Shown here: piece after piece, positions 25,401-39,249 of the stretch
Layout of the letters: each line of letters opens with the position of its first letter
How positions within the stretch are numbered: position 1 is the stretch's first letter
Origin: Lama glama
Taxonomy: Eukaryota
Reading direction: 5' to 3'
Assembly: GCA_028534125.1 (NCBI GenBank)
Contig: CM052817.1
Span: 22,880,001 to 22,944,000 of the forward strand
DNA: 64,000 nt
Program-made: the position numbers and the translations under genes
Notes under the pieces: generated by a model
The model's database searches: none
Seen by the model: only the letters and a program-made list of their open reading frames with translations
Told to the model about the DNA's origin: nothing

Positions 25401-26934
25401 AAAAGATAGTTTAATCATATTATACATTTCTCCCTGGGGTGCCCTGAGCTCCTAAATGATTTTTTTAAATTTGCATGCATTCAGGTTCACTCTTTGTGCT
25501 GTAAATGTCTATAGGTTTTGACAAATGCATACTGTCATTTATTCACAAATATAGTGTCAGAGAGGAGTTTCACTGCCCTGAAATTCCCATGCTTTACCTA
25601 CTCAATTGTCCTCCCCTTCCACCAAATTTGAAGCAACCACTGATCTTTTTACTGTCATTATAGTTTTGCTTTTCCTAAAATGTTGTATAATTGAATTCAT
25701 ATAGTTTGTGGCATTTTCAGAATGTCTTCTTTTAGTTACTAACATACATTTAAAAGTTATTTATGTCTTTCAGTGACTTGCTAGTTTATTTCTTGTTATC
25801 ACCAAATACTATTCCATTGTATGAAAGTAATGCAGTTTGTTTATCCATTCATCTATTGGGACATCTAGGTTGCTTTCAGTTTTTGACAATTATGAACAAA
25901 ACTTCCATGAGCGTGTGAGTGCAGATTTTTGTATGAGCATGTTTCCAAACCCACTAGGTAAATTCTTAGGAGTGTGATTTTTAGAGTGCATGACAATACA
26001 ATATTTACCTTTGTAAAACACTGACAAACTGTCTTCCAATAATAGCTGTACAATTTGGCATTTCTACCAGCAATCAATGAGAGTTCTTGTTTCATTTGAT
26101 ATTATCCAATTTTTAGATTTTTAACCATTCTAATAGGTCTGTAGCAGCATTGCATTGTTTTGAGATGCCCTAATAACAAATGAAGTGAGGCATCTTTTCC
26201 CATTTAACTGCTATCTGTGCATCTTCTTTGCTGAAGTGTCTACTCAGGTATTATGCTCAGTTTTTAACTGGGTTGTTTGTTTTCTTATATTGGAGTTTTA
26301 ATAATTCTTTATATATTTTGAACACAGGTCCTTTATCCTTTATGTGTTTAACAAATTTGTTCTCCCAGTTAGTAGCTTATCTTTTGTAGAGCAAAAGTTT
26401 TAACTTTAATAGAGTCTAACTTACAATTTTTTTCTTTCTTGGATTGTGCTTATGGTGTTGAAGCTAAAAATCCATCACCAAAAGATAATATTACTAAGAT
26501 TTTCTTCAGTGTTTTCTTCTACAAGTTTTGTGCTTCTGTGTTTTGTACTTAAGTCTAATCAGTTGTGAGCTAATTTTTGCAAAAGGTATATATGGTCTTT
26601 GTCCAGGTTTAGTTTTTTGCTTATAGATGTTTAATTGGTCCAGCATCATTTGCTGAAAAGAATATTATTTGAATGGACAATGAATTGCTTTTGCTTTTTT
26701 GTCAAAGATCAGTTGGCTGTATTTACACAGGTCTATTTCTGGGCTCTCAATTCTGTTCCATTAATCTATCTATTCAATTACTATTATGTCCATATTACTG
26801 TATTTTTATTGTAAGTTTTGAAACCAGGTAGCGTAAGTCCTACAACTTTGCTTTTTATTTATAGTACTGGGTTACTTCTTCTAGGTCCTGTGCCTTTCCT
26901 TATGCACTTCTGAATAAGTCTGTTGATAATTTGG

Positions 26935-27168
26935 CTTGGGACTACATAACTCTGCAACCATCTTCACATGACTTCTTTATTTCAGTCCTTTCCTTCTCTT
27001 CTAAGGACACTGTCATTTGACTTAGGGTCCATCCTAATCCATGATGATCTAATCTCTGGCTCTTTAAACTAATTTCATTGTCAAAGACCCCTTTTCCAAG
27101 TTATGTCACATTCACAAACTTCAGAGGCCAATCCTTGTTGGGAGCCACCTACCACCCAGTCCATTACA
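26935..27168 (-). mobile_element. MaLR LTR fragment (MLT1B/C-like) within the old L1
   Basis: cttctaaggacactgtcatttgacttagggtccatcctaatccatgatgatct...aaagaccccttttccaag...tcacattcaca, ending ...attaca. Confidence 0.7.
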
Positions 27169-27399
27169 GGAACTATTATTCCCTCTGCTTCTGTCTTTTG
27201 CAAAACATTGTGGAAAACTGGTTTCATTTATTTCCTTAAATGTTTACTAGAATTCACTAGTGAAACCAACTAGAACTAGTGCTCTGTTTTGAAAAATTAT
27301 TAATTCAGTATCTTTAAAAGATGAAGGCCTATGAATTTTCTTATTCTTTGTGCACATTTTAGAATTTTGTGACTTTATCAAGAGATTGATTCATTTCAT

Positions 27400-28605
27400 A
27401 AAAGAACCTGAAGAGTCAAAGCAATCTTGAGAGAGAAGACAAAAACTAAAGGTATCATACTCCCTGAACTCAAACTGTACTATAAAGCTACAGTCATCAA
27501 CAGTATGGTAATGGCACAAAACCAGACACATAGATCTATGGAACAGAACAGAGAGCCCAGAAATAAACCCATGCTTATATGGTCAATTAATCTATGACAA
27601 AGGAGGCAAGAATATACAGTGAGGAAAAAGTCTCTTCAATAAATGGTGTTGGAAAAACTGGATAACTATATACAAAAGAATGAAACTAGACCATTTTCTT
27701 ATACCATATACAAAAATATATTCAAAGTGTATTAAAGACATACATAAGGCTTGAAACCATAAAACTAGAAGAAAACATACACAGTAAACACTTTGAATCA
27801 AATTGACTACTTTCTTATACCACATACAAAAATAAGTTCAAAATGGATTAAAGACTTAAATGTAAAACCTAAAATCAAGCTAATAGGCACATAAAAAGAC
27901 GCTCAACATTGCTAACCATCAGGGAAATGCAAGTCAAAACTACAATAAGGAATCACCTCACATCTGTCAGAATGGGTATCATCAAAAAGACAATAAATAA
28001 AATATGTTGCTAGGGATGTGGAGAAAAGTGAACTCTCGTGCACTGTTGGAGGGAATATAAATTGGTACAATCACTATGTAAAGAGTATGGTGGTTCTTCA
28101 AAAAATGAAAACATTAATTCAAAAAAACATATGTCCCAATGTTCACAGCACCATTATTCATAATAGCCAAGCTATGGAAGCCACTTGTGTCCATCAACAG
28201 ATGAATAGATAAATATATGAATAAATATTACTCAGTCATTAAAAATAGAATCAAATCTTGCCATTTATGACAAAATGCATGGACCTAAAGGGTAATATGC
28301 TAAATGAAATAAGTCAGACAGAGAAACAAATATAACAAAAAGAAACACACTCACTGATACATACAAACTAGTGGCTGCCAGAGGGGAGGGGGAGGGGGAT
28401 GGATAAAAGAAATGAAGAAGATTAAGAGGTATAAACTATCAGTTATAAAATAAATGTCACAGGGATATAATGAACACCACAGGGAATATAATCAATAATA
28501 CTGCAGTAACTTTGTATGGTGCATAATCTATAAAAATATTGAGTCACTGTGTTGCACACTTGAAATTACTATTGTATTGTAAGTCAACTATACTTCAATT
28601 AAAAA
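27400..28605 (+). mobile_element. Younger 5'-truncated L1 with 20-bp target site duplication
   Basis: ORF2 3' sequence, 3' UTR and short A tail, bounded by aagagattgattcatttcat (27380-27399) and aagagattggttcatttcat (28606-28625), 19/20 identical. Confidence 0.9.
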
Positions 28606-31264
28606 AAGAGATTGGTTCATTTCATCTGTCAAAAATGTAGACCTAGACTTGTTCATAGTACTCATTTATTGTCATTTAAAAAAAACTTCTATATGATCAG
28701 TACTGATCTCTTTCATCTCTGATTTAGTTTCATTTATTTCTCTGTTGATTTGCTTTTTCAATTTCATTGATTTCTGCTTTGATTTTTGCTGCTTTTCTTC
28801 TGGTTGTTTTAAATTTAAGTTGTTCTTCTCTCTCTAGTTTCCTAAGCTGATAGTTTAGATAAATGATTTTAGATATTTCTCATTTTTCTAATGTACACAT
28901 TATTTTTCCCCTAAATACTGTCCTTGATGCATCACATTTTAGTAGGATGCATTATTAATTTTAGTTAGTTGATAAACTATAATTTCTCTTGGGGCTTATA
29001 TGTCCCCTTTTGGGAATTTTCCTGCTGTCTTTTTGTTGTTAACTTCTCATTTAATTCCACTGTAATTTGAAAATATACTTTGTAATATTTCAATTAAAAA
29101 TTGTCCAAATGTGTTTCATGGCCTGTAATGTGGTCTATTTTTGTGAATATTTTATACAAGCTTGAGAGGAATATATATATTGCTCTCATTAACAGAACAT
29201 TCAACAAATCTGGATTAGATCAAGTTGACTATTAGTGCTATTCAGGTCAACTCTGTCCTTATTTACCTTCTGTTTGATATATCAATTAAGACAGAGTGTC
29301 GTAGTCTCCAACTGTAATATTGGACTTATACTGGATAGAGAACTTCAGGCTGGTGGCTTTACTGTTCAACATTTAAAATATTTAATTCCACCATAATCCG
29401 TATCCTTTGTTCTATAGGTAAGGTGTTTCTTTCTCTGATTTCTTTCAAGATTGTCTCTTTGTCTTTAGTCTTCTAGAATATGAAAAAAGATATGTTTAGA
29501 TCCACTTTTTTTTCTTTTTTTGTATTTATTTTGCTTGGAGTTCTCTGTTTCCTTAATCTATAGTCTTGTCATTCATTTTAGAAAATTATCAGCCATTATT
29601 ACTTCAATTGTTTATCTTCCAACTTCCAGGATCTTTATATGCCAGAGGAAAAACTGGTGGTCTAAACTAGACACATGGGACTCTTGTAAATCACAGTAAG
29701 CTCATGTTTAAGTCCTAAACGATTTGTCTTTTCTTCATTACACTATATCAATAGATGTTAATTCTTTAGATTGAACCTTAAGCTTCCTTAGCTACTAAGA
29801 TAATGGTAGTATTTAAAAGTTCTGTTCAGTGCATCAAGTACTAATTTTATGTTGAAATAAAACAGGACTATCTAACCCTAACTCAGTCACAAATTTAAAT
29901 TCAGTATTTCTTAAAAAAGAAGGAAAGGGAAATGTGTTTTGTTTGAAGGCCTTATCTTAGTGTATAAATATTCATTATGTTTATTTCAAATAAATTGATG
30001 AAATTGTTATAAGAAATTTTTAGAAACAGTTTTTTTTTATGTCTGACTGCATAACATTGATGTCATATTTCTTCTTATATAATCAACAGCTGCAGAACAG
30101 ATTAAATTCAGTGAGTTACACTTACTTCATATAATACTTTCATTGAAGGTAAATCAGAAAAACAGTCTGCAAAAACAATTTAAATAGACAATCTTGTTTC
30201 CTCTTTGTTTTTCAGCTGATGGCTGTATCATTAGCATATCAAACCAAATTAAAATTGGAACTGGTTTATATACTCATTTTTCTTTATGCTTTTGATTTGA
30301 GGAGCTCTGTTACTAATTTTCTGATTAGTGACTCTAACTTAAAGAATCAATGAGTGCCGTTAGAAGTGCTGTTGTATGATTTGTTCATTATTCATAGATG
30401 GCCAGGTCCATTTTTTTCCCTTCTCCCTCTCCTCTAAGGGAAAGGAAAACAACCATTCTCTCTTTTTGAATTTATTTTTTCCAACACTTATGCAGATGTG
30501 GATATTCAAGGCAAATGTATGCTCAGACAATCAAAGCAATTTTATCTATTGTCAAGCTACTTTTGCTTCTGGATAATATACAAAATAGACATGAGACTGT
30601 TGCTCTTCAGATACAAAATATTTGCATTTAAAATGACCATATGTCAAGCACATATATTACAGGAGAAATAATCAAGAACTGAATTAAAATAATTACTTAA
30701 AAGGAAAATCAAGATGCTTCCAGTTTTGAAATTTCTTTTGCTTAGACATCTGCTGTCTATTGTGCCATGCTCAAATGCACAGAACTGGTATAATACTGTC
30801 ATTATTCTTAATGCAGCATCCCTTCACCTGGATACCTGTTTTCCAAAGATTACAGAGATCTAAAACTGAATTTAGTTCACTTAAGTGCACATTTTCTATC
30901 AGTTGATTTAAAAAGATACTGATTTGTATTCGTCCATTATCATGAAAAGTACAAAGGTTTAAATTTTTTTTTAAAAATCAGAATTTTTACAGAATTCATT
31001 CTTACAGTGTTTGGAAAGATACAAGAAATCTCTGTATATCCCACTCAGTTTTTCTGTGAGCCTAAACCTTCTTTCAACAATAAAAAGTCAATTTAAAAAT
31101 TAATTATCTGATTCCTAACATAGTTACTTAATACTTATGCCAGAGTAATATTTGGAAAACACTAATATATATTTTAAGTGCCATATGTAAACTGTAATTG
31201 TATGTAAACTGCACTGGTAAACTAGTACAAATCCTCAAAGATAAAAAGTTCAAACTTACAAACC

Positions 31265-32058
31265 TTTTTTTTTTTAAGTGAAGTATAGTCAGTTTACAAT
31301 GTGTTAATTTCTGGTGTATAGCATTGCGATTCACTTATACATATATATTCCTTTTCATATTCTAGTTTTTATAGGCTATTATAAGGTATTGAATATAGTT
31401 CCCTGTGCTATACAGTAGGGCCCTGTCATTTATCTATTTTATATATATTAGTATCAGTATCTGCAAATCCTGAACTCCCAATTTATCTCTCCACCCCTCG
31501 CCCATTTTATGTCTGGTAACCATAAGTTTGTTTTCTGTCTGCGAGCCTCTTTCTGTTTTGTAAATAAGTTCATGCGTGCCCTTTTTTTAGATTCCACATA
31601 TAAGTGATAACACATGGTATTTTTCTTTCTCTCTCTGGCTTACCTCACTTAGAATGATATTCTCCAGGTCCATCCATGTTGCTGCAAATGGTATTGTTTT
31701 ATTCATTTTTATGGCTGAGTAGTATTCCATTGTATAAATATATCACAACTTCTTTATCCCATCATCTGATGATGGACGATTAGGTTGCTTCCTTGTCTTG
31801 GATATTTTAAATAATACTGCTATGAACATTGGGGTGCACATATTTTTTCAAATTATAGTTTCCTCCAGATATATGCCTAGGAGTGGGGTTGCTGCATCCT
31901 ATGGTAAGTCTATTTTTAGTTTTTTAAGGAATCTCCATACTATTTTCCATGATGGCTGCATGAAACTACCTTTCCACCATCAATGTAGTAATGATGGCCA
32001 TTCTGACGGGTGTGCAGTGATACCTCATTGTAGTTTTGATTTGCAGTTCTCTGATAAC
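31265..32058 (-). mobile_element. 5'-truncated L1 (same 3'-end type as 14830-15465) with TSD
   Basis: Poly(T) at 31265-31275, then gaagtatagtcagtttacaatgtgttaatttctggtgtatagc; TSD tcaaacttacaaac (31250-31263) and tcaaacttataaac (32059-32072). Confidence 0.9.
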
Positions 32059-33509
32059 TCAAACTTATAAACTTATACTTTATCATAAATTTGGAAATAT
32101 AAAAGGCTTATTTCAGATATAATTTTGTGTTTTAATTTTATTCAAACAACTTTAAAACATAATTTTAACTTCTGTAAAGTGTTATTTTAATTTATAAAAA
32201 ATTATATTGTGTTTAGCGTTTTAGGCTCTACAATTTTTTTTGTGCATGCATGAAACCTCATGAGATTTTTAAATGCAAACAAGCTGAAAAGGTACACTTC
32301 ATTCAATACTGCTTTATAGAATTGTATATTACCTTTGGTAATTACCATTCTCTTAGATTAAATAAATTCGAGTGTGCATAAGGGCTTTTATCACCACAAA
32401 CTTGATAAGAAACAAACACTCTTTCACAGTCTTGGAGTTCAAAATACACATCTTATCTGCACAAGACAAAATTTTAAATTCCAGTGAATTCTGGTTATAA
32501 ACACGCACTTTCTAAAAGTTTGTTGAGTTGAAATACATAAGTTAATTATTATAAACATGAAAAAAAGAATATAGGTTTCCCTCTAAATCTGTGTTACCCA
32601 AGTTCCAAAGATATTTATCATAACATGATTTTAGTTTAGCTCTAGCTAAATGTGCAATATCCTTGCACGTTGCCAATATGTAGGTAAATACGGGGTTGTG
32701 TTCAGTGTACACTCTGAATTTCAAAATATCTTCCTCAAATTCACATGCAGACCTTGTGGTCCTCCTCAAAGTTCTACAATACTATTTCTGGAATTCAAAA
32801 ATGCATTGTAGGATGGGCCAATAGTTAGATTAAAAATATAAGGATTTGCAAAGCAGTGATACCAAATATTTAATTTGAAAGAATCTTGATATTTGATATT
32901 TCAAAAATAGCATTGATGTCTTCATAAAATATCAGAACTATAATGCTTCATAACACATTGTTTTGTGTTAATGTTATTTTTATTTTGGAAAAAAATGGAG
33001 GTTAAGGCATTTACTTTAGTATGTAGGGTCTTTGCAGATGGTCTCACTCTAGTCTGGTTTAAAGAAGGTTTCCTGTATTACCATGAGCAAGAAACAAACA
33101 GAAATTAACACAAACAGTCCCCAAAACCTACTTCTGACCTGCGTTTAGAGTTTCTTTCAGCATTCTTCCAGCAATTCTACCTAGTGTGATAGTATGACTT
33201 AGTAGGGTTAGATCTGAAAATGATGGAAGTTTCTCTCATGTGACTTTTAAGTTTTTCCTCTCAACAAAATAAATACCAAGTAATCTCATAATAAACAGAT
33301 AATAGCAATGGACAAAAGTTATCCTATACAACTTGATATCTTCATCAAGTTTCACTGTTGAGTTCTTCCAAACCTTTAAGTAGCAGATAGTCTATCATTA
33401 GAATATGGTGGAAGGCAGAAGAAAAGATGGAAAACTGTGAATTTTTTAAAATCAAGTTAATCTACACTATGTCGACTGTTTCTTCCAATACAAAGAAAAA
33501 CAATCTCAT

Positions 33510-33725
33510 TTACAAATTCACATATATATTAATAACAGAGTAGCAAAAAGAAGTCAGCAGTATACTCAAAGAATAATTCATTTACAGTAAGGTTTATCTT
33601 AAGAATGTCATAATGATTTAACATTAGCAATTCTACTAATATAATGCATTACATTAATCAATGGATAAGTAATTTTTTATAACTTCAGGAAAATTCTTAA
33701 AATTGATCAAATAATATCCAGCAAT
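33510..33725 (+). mobile_element. Old L1 ORF2 (RT region) fragment
   Basis: tagcaaaaagaagtcagcagtatactcaaagaataatt...ggtttatc...gatttaacattag...taatataatgcattacattaat resembles the LANRIQQHIKK...GFIPGMQGWFNI coding region. Confidence 0.6.
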
Positions 33726-33726
33726 T

Positions 33727-34612
33727 TCTTTTCTTTTCTTTTTTTTCTTTTCTTATTGAGGTATAATTAATGTTCAATATTATATAAGTTACAGGTGTAC
33801 AATACGATTCACAATTTTTAAAGGTTATACGCTATAGTTATTATAAAATGTTGGCTCTATTCCCTGTACTGTACAATACATCTTTGTAGCTTATTTTATA
33901 CATAACACTTTGTACCTCTTAATCTCTCACCCTTATATCCCTTTCCCTTTCCCTCTCCCCACTGGTAACCACTAGATTGTTCTCTGTATCTATTTCTTTT
34001 TTGTCATATTCACTAGTTTATTGTATCTTTTTAGATTCCACATATGAATGACACCATACAGTAATTGTCTTTCTCTGACTTATTTCACGTAGCATAATGT
34101 CTTCCAAGTTCATCCATGTTCCTGCAAATGGCAAAATTTTGTTCTTTCTATGGCTGAGTGGTATTCCATTGTATATATACCACATCTTTATCCATTCATC
34201 TGTTGATGAACACTTAGTTTGCTTGATATCTTGGCAATTGTAAATAATGCTGCTATGAACATAGGGGTGTATGTATCTTTTCAAATGACCATTTTCTTTC
34301 TTTTTCTTTTCTTTTCTTTTTTTTTGGAGGGGGGCTTATATACTCAGGAGTGGAATTACTGGGTCAGATGGTAGCTCTATTTTTAGTTTTTTGAGAAATT
34401 TCCATACTGTTTTCCACAGTGGCTATACCAATTTACATTCCCAGTAACAGTGTATGAGGGTTTCCTTTTCTCCACACCCTTGCCAATATTCGTTATTTGT
34501 TTTTTTGATGTTGAGTTATATGAGCTGTTTATATATGTTGGATATTAACCCTTTATCAGTCATGTCACTTGCAAATATTTTCTCCCTTTCAGTAGGTTGT
34601 CTTTTCATTTTT
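33727..34612 (-). mobile_element. 5'-truncated L1 3' end with internal deletion
   Basis: T-rich tail, ttattgaggtataatt...ttacaggtgtacaat..., ORF2 end; candidate TSD cagcaattt / cagtgattt, consistent with opposite-strand decay of one CpG. Confidence 0.85.
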
Positions 34613-35862
34613 AAGTCAGTGATTTTTATGATATATATATCTCTTATAAAGCTCTCTTTTTACTTAGCACTACAGAGAGTTATTTTTTATTTTTGTATAG
34701 TCTACCATGTTTTGTATTGCACAGCCCCACTCATTGGACTGGGATTTGATACCTGATCCAAATATAGCCATCAACAGACAGACAGTGACATATGATGTGG
34801 TCTAGTATGGGATTCAAGCCTAGACCAGATTTCTATTCTAGATGGTAATGCATAAATCAAATCAAACTGTCTGTTTTTAAGATTACAAATGTAAGAAATA
34901 CAAGTGAAAAAGGAAATAATTTTGTAAAAAGATGAAAGGCACACAGAATGCAACATGCAGAAGCTATGTCCCTGTTGAAAATATGACTGTTGATAAGGCA
35001 CACTGCAGAGGAGATTTCAGCAGTGGGAATGGCAAAAACAGAAAGAATAAATGAGGTAAGTTAAGCCCTGGGTTTGACAGGATCACTGGACTAAGGAAAA
35101 ACACAAGTAAAATTAATCTTAAGATTCCAGGACTGCTGTCAGTCTCTTAAACCTTACCTTATATTATGAAACACATTGTAATTTTTTAGCATTTGTGTTA
35201 AAAGCTGCTAAAACTATTTACTATATTCCATTCTTTTACTGATTCTAAAAAAATTAACCGAGTGACTTATTCTTTGCCAGGCACAATCGCAGGCATTGGG
35301 GATGGGGTGTTAAACACACATTTCAGGAAGCCTGCATGCCAGTGGGGGAGACAGAAAGTAAAGAAGTGAATGTATAGACAAGTATCATAACATAGCACAT
35401 GATAAATGCTATGAAGAAAATATGGCAGATGTAGTAAGGCAAAATTGCGAGCTTAAAAAAAAATCCCTACTCATCTCCTTCACAGTATAAGACCTTTACC
35501 CTAGTCATTGTCAGAAATATCTCTACTTGGCGTTAAAAATACAGTTTACTATGGAAGGATTATAAAGGAAAATAAAGAGATAATATTCAGTTTCCAACAC
35601 ATTAAACAGAATTTTTCAGGGAACCTATAACCTCACCTAGATAGATCTTGAAGGAAGATATTTGAAATTGCTTTATCGGTTCTTTCCTCACCTACAAACT
35701 TCTGTTAAAGTGCCAGGAGCTGAAGCCTGGAAATGATCTCCTAGGATCCTCTTGTTGCCTAGACACCAAACCTTCTCCTGGGGATGAGGAAACCATGATT
35801 TCTGCCCCTTATGAGCAGAATAAGTGCTAGATGGATGGCAATTAAATAACAATAATGGTATT

Positions 35863-35897
<35 letters not shown>
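35863..35897. repeat. (AAC)11 microsatellite
   Basis: Perfect trinucleotide run seen directly. Confidence 0.95.
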
Positions 35898-37527
35898 AGG
35901 AAACCTCTGGAGAGCCTAAGAGTGGAGGAAATCAGGGAAAGGGAGAGAGAGGAAGGATTGTAAATTGGACCCTTCTGGCCCACTTTTATTCTCCTCTTTG
36001 GGCTTCAGCTCAGGAGACTGAAGAAGTGAAGAGTTAAATTTAAACCTCTCATACACCCACCTGCCAATTAAAATTCAGGAAAGACAGTTGCTCTCTAGCT
36101 TCCGCAGTGCATGCCCTTAGTGTAGATATAAATCAACCCAAGGACACAATGGGGTCAGATAAAGTTGACCCCAAGTTTGTCCCACTCTCCAGTGGGTGGG
36201 CATAGAGTTGAGAGCCAGTGAATGTATCACGGGTCTCACTGCAGCAGGATGAGGCAGGTGTACCACCTTGAGAGGCAGGGTATGGAAAAGACTGGAACTT
36301 CTCAGCCATAGGAGCCAGGGCGAAGCTGGGACAATCAGGAAGATTAATGGGCTAACCAAATTGAGGGACAGTTTCAGACCTCAGCCATAGATGCCTGTCC
36401 AGCAAGTGGTGAAAGGATGGACAGAAAGATTGGGAGAAGCAGAGAAAATCCAGCCAATGGACCTGCTCTTCCCATGTGCAGGTCTATGTGAGGCAGTGGC
36501 CTTCCCCAAGATACAGGGGCACCAGCTCAGATAAAGGAGCTAAGGAAAGCAAATCTCATTTAGAAAAATGAAGCTTGGTGTCTTAGAGACTCTCAGTGCT
36601 AATAAAAAGACAACTCAAATGTATTGGTTCAAGGATTATTTTAATTCTTGAAATGAACACAGTATTTCTTTCATTTAGGAAAAGTATAAATGTCTTATAA
36701 CTAATAATAATGTGGCTTGTTAGAGAGTAATTTTAAAGATTTTTTTATGGTGAATACTTCAATTTAGCAGTTTTCTTCTGCATGCTTTTCTAGCTTTTTT
36801 TTCTCCTAAGAGGTTCAAATGCAAAATAAGAACTTAAGGCTTACTCTCTTTTCTATTATCCAATTTAAATTTATTTTAAGACTATTATTATTTTACACTT
36901 CTTTGTTTATGACCATATTTATTCATAGTTATTTATTCAAGAAATATTTATTAACATTTTTGCACAGCACCATGCTAGACTGAATGTAGGCAGTCATGAA
37001 TAAACCACGGTGCCTCCTCTCACAAAGCTTATATTCTTTATATGAGTTAGATTGTGCAAATAATTGATTGTGCAATTAATTATTAAAATACAGCAGTAAT
37101 AAGAACAATAGTTAACATTTATTAAATGCTGGCAAGACTTCTTATGCACTCAGCTAAGCATTTATATACGTTATATTTTTAATTGTTATTAAAGCTGATT
37201 AAGAAGCCAAGCCAGCCCTGCAGGAAGTTCCATGAAGAAATGAAAGATTCCATAAAACACTGCTGAACTAAACTGATAAAATACAATGTGCCTCGTTTTC
37301 TCTGACAGTCAAACCTCAGGAACGCTGAGAATCAGAAGTAGTGGTGAGGCATCTGTGCAGGAAAATGACCAAAAACTTCTTTTTACCCACTTATCTCTTT
37401 TGAAGACCTTTGTAGGGGGGATATGTAGACGCATTACCTTAAAGTTTCAGGTCAGCAATTTTTCAAGATGAGATAGTGTAGTAATCTGTAAGAATTTATC
37501 ATTGGACTTTTCCCTTTATAAAAGTCA

Positions 37528-38210
37528 GAATTTTTTGAAGTGTAATTTACACACATTAAAATGTACCCCATTTAGCTGCATATTTTTCAGGTAACTATTT
37601 GTATATATATTCAATACACACACACACACATGTTTGATGTAGAGACACACACAAACACACACATGAAAGTTCCCTTGCTCATCTTTGCTGTCAGTCCCCT
37701 TCCCTCCACCTCTATTCCCCTGAATGACTAAGCGCTTCCTGTGCTTTCAGTTGTGCCTTTTCCACAAGAGCATTTAAATGGGACTATGCAGGTTACCGCC
37801 CTTTTGGCTGACTTATTTCACGTAGCGTTTTGTTTCTGAGACACCTCCATGTTGTTGCATGTAATCATTGTTTTTTCTTATTCTATTGTACAGATGTATT
37901 ATAATTTGTTTACCATTCACCAGTTGACGGACATTTGAGTTTTATCCTATATTTAATGGTGATGAATAAAGCTGTTATAAACACCCACATGAGTCTTTGC
38001 AATGTACGTATATGTTTTTATTTCTCTTGGGTAAATAACTTGAATTGAAACTATTAAATGATAAGGTAAGTGAATATTTAATTTTATAATTGGCTATATC
38101 ATTTTGAATTCCTATTAGCAATATATGAAATTTACAATTGCTTTAATGCTCATCAATTGGTAGTGTAATTTTTTAAAGAAATTCTAACAGGTGTGTGTTA
38201 TTCATTTTGA
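37528..38210 (-). mobile_element. Old L1 3' end (L1ME/L1MB-like) with embedded (CA)n
   Basis: ttttttgaagtgtaatttacacacattaaaatgtaccc...ccatgttgttgcatgta...ccattcaccagttgacggacatttgagtt...tttctcttgggtaaata. Confidence 0.75.
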
Positions 38211-39089
38211 TGATGTTTAAAAAATTATATTTCATCTAACAAATCTTACTGGCAAATTTCTATAATTATAACTATATATAATTAGGATTCAAACAGGTGC
38301 TTTCAAAGCTTTTTTAATGTTTCCATTAATATAAACTCAGTATTATCTTAAATTTAAGAAACAGTGGAATAAATGCACGTCAGAAATATTAAGTGAACTA
38401 TCTAAATTCATGCTCCTTAATATGCCCTGTGAAAAGTTATTGAATTTGGAAAAGTCACAAAAGAAAAGATTACCAAAGAAATAACAAGAGGTTATGATCA
38501 ACATTTTGCCACTTTCCATATTCCTAACTTTGTTTCAACACATAGAAGTGTTTCAGTAAGTAAATCTATGTCTATATGATTCTTTATCAAATAAAACATT
38601 TCCCCTGCTATATATACAAAATAAAAATATGTGATCATACCAGCTTGAAGAAATGTCAAAGTTCTCATAGAAACGAAAGCCAGGGTACCCCATGATCTTT
38701 CAGTTCCCAACCTTTGCCACCCTATTTTTGATTAGTGCAGCTAAAGTGAAATGCATATGGTTACTGAAAGAAACCTCGTCTATGGACAGGGGATGGTTTA
38801 GGAGGTCATCTCTGAGTAAATGCAGTGGAATTAAATAAATCTCCAAGAAGAGAGAACAATATGTGTTATTTTAATAAGACAAAACAACACTAAAAACTTT
38901 GTAATAGTTAATATTTCTCCTCATTTCCCCTTTCATAAGCTATCTAAACAAATTTGTGGACTAATGTTAGAATAATTTACGTGCTATGATTAAAATACTA
39001 TCAAATAATTTACCATTATCTTATTTGGCAATATATGATATATCACAGATGCCCACACACTATGCTTCCTTATCAGGAAACCCACTTTA

Positions 39090-39248
39090 ATGGCCTTTAA
39101 AATGCCTAGGAACCACCTGAGATCTTGTTAGAATGAAGACTCTGATTCAGTATGCCCAGGTAGGGTCTGAGAGTCTACATCGCTACCCAGCTCTTAGGTG
39201 GTATCAAAGCTGCTGTCCGTGAATCACGCTTTGAGCAGCAAAGTACTA
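39090..39248. mobile_element. MER5-like hAT-Charlie element
   Basis: gaaccacctgagatcttgttagaatgaagactctgattcagta...gtagggtctgagagtctacat...gctgctgtccgtgaatcacgctttgagcagcaa. Confidence 0.75.
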
Positions 39249-39249
39249 G

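Larger units (their letters stand above)
25355..29620 (-). mobile_element. Old L1 (L1MC/L1MD-like) 3' UTR and ORF2 fragments hosting two nested insertions
   Basis: ggttcactctttgtgctgta...ggttttgacaaatgcat 3' UTR; ORF2 antisense motifs tttgtcaaagatcagttggc and gaattcactagtgaaacca; continues after 28625 (gtctccaactgtaat). Confidence 0.8.

Noticed and set aside
27592..28212. ORFs with L1 ORF2-like peptides (also 34018-34284, 52738-52938, 54004-54300, 61334-62854)
   Set aside because: Fragments of decayed L1 copies in sense or antisense, not host genes.
35688..36037. Poly-Leu signal-peptide-like and poly-Thr ORFs
   Set aside because: Both are produced by the (AAC)11 microsatellite.
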